29,835 bases of DNA from Actinomycetota bacterium (lineage in GTDB: Bacteria > Actinomycetota > Thermoleophilia > Gaiellales > Gaiellaceae): contig JBKOVW010000235.1 in NCBI GenBank assembly GCA_046724095.1, positions 1 through 29,835 on the forward strand, written 5' to 3'. Shown here piece after piece: positions 26,425 through 29,835 of the stretch (position 1 is its first letter; each line of letters opens with the position of its first letter). Position numbers and translations under genes: made by a program. The notes under the pieces are model-generated. The model was not told where the DNA came from. It was given only the letters and a program-made list of their open reading frames with translations, and did no database searches.

Positions 26425-27617
26425 GCGAGATCGTCCTGAGCGGCGTCAGCAAGAAGTTCCCGAACGGCGTCAAGGCGGTGGACGGGATCAGCCTGACGAT
26501 CGAGGACGGCGAGTTCATGGTGCTCGTCGGTCCATCCGGCTGCGGTAAGACCACGTTGCTACGGATGATCGCGGGACTCGAGACCGTGGACGAGGGCTCG
26601 ATCCGGCTCGGCGATCGAGACATCACCCGCCTCGAGCCGCGCGGGCGCGACATCGCGATGGTGTTCCAGGACTACGCGCTCTACCCGCACATGAACGTGC
26701 GCGACAACCTCAGCTACGGCCTTCGTGTGCGTAAAGAACCGAAGCACGAGATCGTGCGCCGCGTCGACGAGGTGGCTGAGCTGCTCGGGCTCCGCGAGCT
26801 GCTCGATCGCCTTCCGGCGGCTCTCTCGGGCGGCCAGCGGCAGCGCGTTGCGATGGGTCGTGCGATCGCCCGCCGGCCGCAGCTGTACCTGATGGACGAG
26901 CCGCTCTCGAACCTCGATGCCAAGTTGCGCGTGCGCGTCCGAGCCGACCTCGCGCGCCTGCATGCCCAGCTTGGGGTGACAACGGTCTACGTGACTCACG
27001 ATCAGGTCGAGGCGATGCAGCTAGGGGAGCGGTCGGCGGTCCTGCGGGATGGACGCATTCAGCAGGTTGGCCGGCCGCAGACGCTCTACCGCGATTGCGC
27101 CAACCTCTTCGTCGCGTCCTTCATCGGGTCACCTGCGATGAACCTCGTGCGCGCCGAGGTCGAGGGCGACGCGGTCCGCTTCGCCGGCTACCGGGTGCCG
27201 CTCGACCCGAGGCGCCGGCCACCGGCGGGAACAAACCGGCAGATCATTCTCGGCATTCGGCCCGAAGACTTCGAAGACGTGCGCTTCTCGCGGCCCGGCT
27301 TGCCGACGATCGACGTGCGGATAACGCTCGTGGAGGATCTTGGTCCCGAGGCGCTCGCGTTCTTCGTGCTCGACACCGAACGGGTGGATCCCGAGATCTT
27401 CGGCGTGGCTTCGGACCGCTCGGATCAGGAGACGCTGATCGCTGACGACCCGCGAGCACTGTTCTCCGCCACCCTCGACGCGGCGACCGACGCGCGCCCC
27501 GGCGCGAGCTGCCGCCTCACCGTCAACCCCGCGCGCTTCCACTTCTTCAGCGCTTACAGCGGCGAGAACCTGCTCACGCCCGGCTTCGAGGTTTCCGGTC
27601 GGCTAGAGGCCGTCTGA
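26421..27617 (+). CDS. Carbohydrate ABC transporter ATP-binding subunit (MalK/MsmX type), copy 2
   Basis: Start GTG 26421. [33 protein letters not shown]. Confidence 0.95.
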   Translation: MSEIVLSGVSKKFPNGVKAVDGISLTIEDGEFMVLVGPSGCGKTTLLRMIAGLETVDEGSIRLGDRDITRLEPRGRDIAMVFQDYALYPHMNVRDNLSYGLRVRKEPKHEIVRRVDEVAELLGLRELLDRLPAALSGGQRQRVAMGRAIARRPQLYLMDEPLSNLDAKLRVRVRADLARLHAQLGVTTVYVTHDQVEAMQLGERSAVLRDGRIQQVGRPQTLYRDCANLFVASFIGSPAMNLVRAEVEGDAVRFAGYRVPLDPRRRPPAGTNRQIILGIRPEDFEDVRFSRPGLPTIDVRITLVEDLGPEALAFFVLDTERVDPEIFGVASDRSDQETLIADDPRALFSATLDAATDARPGASCRLTVNPARFHFFSAYSGENLLTPGFEVSGRLEAV

Positions 27618-27619
27618 CC

Positions 27620-28342
27620 GTGCCGAGAATCACGCGCACGCTGCTCCTGCTCGTCGGTGCAATTGTCTTCGTCGGCCCCATCGTCCTGGGTCTGGGGCGA
27701 CTCGCACATGCTGCGTGGGGAATGGCGCTCCTCAACTCGCTCACGATCGCGATCGCCTTCACTGCGTTGAGCACGGCCTCAGCCGCGCTTGCCGGTTTCG
27801 CGTTCGCGCGCCACCGCGTCTGGTGGAAGAACGTCGTCTTTCTCTTCGTCCTTTCGACCCTGATGGTTCCGTGGATCGTCACGATGATCCCGCAGTTCGT
27901 CATCTTCTATCGGCTGCACCTGATCAACACGCCGTGGCCGTGGGTCCTCTGGGGAATTCAAGGCACGCCGCTGCAGATCTTCCTCTTTCGTCAGTTCTAC
28001 GCGACGTTCCCGCGCGAGCTCGAGGACGCTGCGGCGATCGACGGCAGCGGCCGGCTGCGCATCTTCTGGGACATCTTCGTACCAAATTCGAAGCCGGTCA
28101 TCGCCGTTGCCGCGGTGTGGGCGTTCATCCTCGTCTGGGGCGACTACCTGACGCAGGACCTCTTCTTCCTCCTGGATCCGAACGGCACGCTGCTGACGCG
28201 CATCACCGACGTGCTCCCCGCCGGGACGGGAGAGTTACCGAGCGTGCCGCTCGCCCTCTACGCGCTTCCCCCGATCGTCTTCTTCGTCTTCGCGCAGCGG
28301 TACATCACGCAGAGCGTGGTGACGACCGGGATCAAGGGGTAA
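27620..28342 (+). CDS. Carbohydrate ABC permease (MalG type), copy 2, short first loop
   Basis: EAA loop [20 protein letters not shown], ends VVTTGIKG. Confidence 0.88.
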   Translation: MPRITRTLLLLVGAIVFVGPIVLGLGRLAHAAWGMALLNSLTIAIAFTALSTASAALAGFAFARHRVWWKNVVFLFVLSTLMVPWIVTMIPQFVIFYRLHLINTPWPWVLWGIQGTPLQIFLFRQFYATFPRELEDAAAIDGSGRLRIFWDIFVPNSKPVIAVAAVWAFILVWGDYLTQDLFFLLDPNGTLLTRITDVLPAGTGELPSVPLALYALPPIVFFVFAQRYITQSVVTTGIKG

Positions 28343-28351
28343 GGGGACGCA

Positions 28352-29281
28352 GTGCTCGGCCGGCGTTCCCGCGACCGCAAGGAGGTCGGCGCGTTTTGCG
28401 GCTTCGTCGCGCCGTGGTTCATCGGGTTCGTCCTCTTCTCGGCGGTGCCGCTCCTCGTCAGCCTGTTCATGTCGATGGCGACATTCGATCTCTACGGGCT
28501 GAAGAACTTTCATTGGGTCGGCCTCGCGCATTACCGACTCGCGCTCGAGGATCCCGCCACCCGGGAAGCGCTCCGCGACACCGCGATCTTCACGGCGATC
28601 TTCGTCCCGCTCGGGTTGGTCGTCCAGATCGGCCTCGCCCTCCTCGTCAACAGCGGGATGCGATTGCGGAGCGTCTTCTGCGCCTTCTTCTATCTCCCGG
28701 CGGTGATCCCGACGGTGGTGAGCATCCTGCTCATCTGGAGGACTGGGATCGCCGGCCCGGATGGAGTCTTCGACCGCATCTACCATCTCTTTGCGCCGCA
28801 CGGGACGGTCTACTGGCTCGATCAGCAGGGCCGCGTGATCCTGATCCTGTTCATGATCTGGTCGACGGCGGGGCTCGGAATGTTGGTCTTTCTTGCGGGA
28901 CTGCAGAACGTGTCACGCCAGCTCCAAGACGCCGCTTCGCTCGACGGCGCCACGCGGCGTCAGATCTTTCGCACCATCACGCTGCCGCTGCTGACGCCGG
29001 TCATCTTCGTTCAGCTCATCCTCGGTCTGATCGCCGCCGCGCAGATGATGATCCAACCGATCCTGTTCGGCTCCGCGATCAGCAGCGGCGGTTCGCCGTT
29101 CTTCAACACGCCGGCGCGGGGGGCAGACCTGCTCCCGGCTCACATCTTCGACGTCACGTTCATCAGCGCGGCGCCTGGGACCGGTGCGGCGCTCTCCTGG
29201 ATTCTCTTCCTGATCATCCTCGCCGTCACGCTCGTATTGTTCGCGTCCGGCAGGCTCTGGGTCTTCTACGGCTCCGACTGA
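28352..29281 (+). CDS. Carbohydrate ABC permease (MalF type), copy 2
   Basis: FVAPWFIGF, EAA loop QLQDAASLDGAT, ITLPLLTP, GTGAALSW. Confidence 0.92.
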   Translation: MLGRRSRDRKEVGAFCGFVAPWFIGFVLFSAVPLLVSLFMSMATFDLYGLKNFHWVGLAHYRLALEDPATREALRDTAIFTAIFVPLGLVVQIGLALLVNSGMRLRSVFCAFFYLPAVIPTVVSILLIWRTGIAGPDGVFDRIYHLFAPHGTVYWLDQQGRVILILFMIWSTAGLGMLVFLAGLQNVSRQLQDAASLDGATRRQIFRTITLPLLTPVIFVQLILGLIAAAQMMIQPILFGSAISSGGSPFFNTPARGADLLPAHIFDVTFISAAPGTGAALSWILFLIILAVTLVLFASGRLWVFYGSD

Positions 29282-29529
29282 GGCCCGGTGGACGGGCGAG
29301 GCCGAGAATGCCACGACGACGTTGCCGGATCTTTAGCGTCGTGTGTCGTGAGCGCGGAAACGTGCGATCGGGGATTGGCGGGATGTCGCGCAAGCTCTGG
29401 TCCTCGACGTCGGCCATGGTGCCTTCTCCTCTCAGGTGCCGTCCTACCCGTAACGGCAGGGCAGCGGAGAACGCCGCGAGCGCCGTTCCTTCCGTGCTTC
29501 CAGTTCGGGCGCCAAAGGCGGACGTGAAA

Positions 29530-29578
29530 GCGGGAGCGACGGGACTCGAACCCGCGACCACCGGCGTGACAGGCCGGC
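29530..29578 (-). tRNA. 3' half of tRNA-Asp(GTC): fragment only, not an intact tRNA (att-like)
   Basis: Minus strand reads G CCGGC CT GTC AC GCCGG TGGTC GCGGG TTCGAGT CCCGT CGCTCCC GC: full anticodon arm, T-arm and 3' acceptor strand. The upstream sequence has no GGGAGCG 5' acceptor strand and no D-arm. Confidence 0.85.
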
Positions 29579-29583
29579 AAGGC

Positions 29584-29680
29584 ACAACCGGCTACAACTA
29601 CAACTGGCTACGACCCGGAATCACCGGCTACAGCACGCATTTCCTCACCGAGCGAACCGGCTGTGACCGGCTGCGACCCG
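29584..29680 (+). repeat. Cluster of short direct repeats, core AC(C/T)GGCT(A/G)
   Basis: ACAACCGGCTACAAC 29584-29598, ACAACTGGCTACGAC 29600-29614, ACCGGCTAC 29623-29631, tandem ACCGGCTGTG / ACCGGCTGCG 29656-29675. Confidence 0.7.
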
Positions 29681-29835
29681 GCCGGGCCCCGTGTAGTACG
29701 TGTGTAGTGAGGGTGTTGGCGAGCGAGGCAACATGGTGCAGCCCCGGGCTGAGCGCAGTCAGTTAGAGCCCGCGGTTCTGCACGGGGACGGGTCGACCTC
29801 CTCCGGACCAGCGCAACAACGACCTCGCGGAATCG

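Larger units (their letters stand above)
29530..29835. mobile_element. Putative boundary (att site + arm) of a tRNA-Asp-targeting integrative element extending to the right
   Basis: tRNA 3' fragment beginning at the anticodon arm, plus adjacent non-coding direct repeats. No integrase is visible in this window. Confidence 0.5.

Noticed and set aside
29530-29605. Intact tRNA-Asp gene
   Set aside because: No 5' acceptor strand complementary to CGCTCCC and no D-arm upstream of the anticodon stem.
29662-29675. TGTGACCGG half-match to the LacI operator
   Set aside because: The right half does not match, and it belongs to the ACCGGCT repeat cluster.
29584-29680. CRISPR array
   Set aside because: Repeats are only 9-15 bp with irregular short spacing, and there are no cas genes.
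27715-29766. 683-aa plus-strand ORF running through the tRNA fragment
   Set aside because: Off-frame to both permeases. Its GATGLEPATTGVTG stretch is simply the antisense tRNA translated.

Overview
High-GC window, probably from an Actinomycetota genome (Thermoleophilia/Gaiellales-like; this is an inference from GC content, frequent GTG starts and gene style). Bases 1-2580 are the tail of a sulfatase-maturation neighbourhood: SulP STAS end, formylglycine-generating enzyme, ZIP-like transporter and GAP-family protein. Bases 2845-29281 form a ~26 kb carbohydrate-utilisation locus with four blocks. (i) Deacetylase-SDR-lactonase-DgoD-like dehydratase-Gfo operon. (ii) LacI + GH42 divergent from a secreted beta-helix enzyme with a GH136-like D-x6-D motif, with three operator boxes between them. 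(iii) A leftward SBP-permease-permease-ATPase operon ending in a CxxC-less TlpA-like gene. (iv) A tightly coupled rightward 10-gene operon: GntR/FadR, second dehydratase, Zn-dehydrogenase, KGSA-type ALDH, Cys-free U32-like protein, Gfo, GH3 and a paralogous SBP-less ABC set. The locus encodes no sugar kinase and no recognisable aldolase or keto-deoxy acid dehydratase. The best candidate for new biology is therefore a non-phosphorylative sugar-acid pathway whose missing step may be filled by the U32-like protein. The window ends at the 3' half of a tRNA-Asp (att-like) flanked by short direct repeats, i.e. the probable edge of an integrative element lying to the right. All assignments come from motif reading only; no database searches were run.
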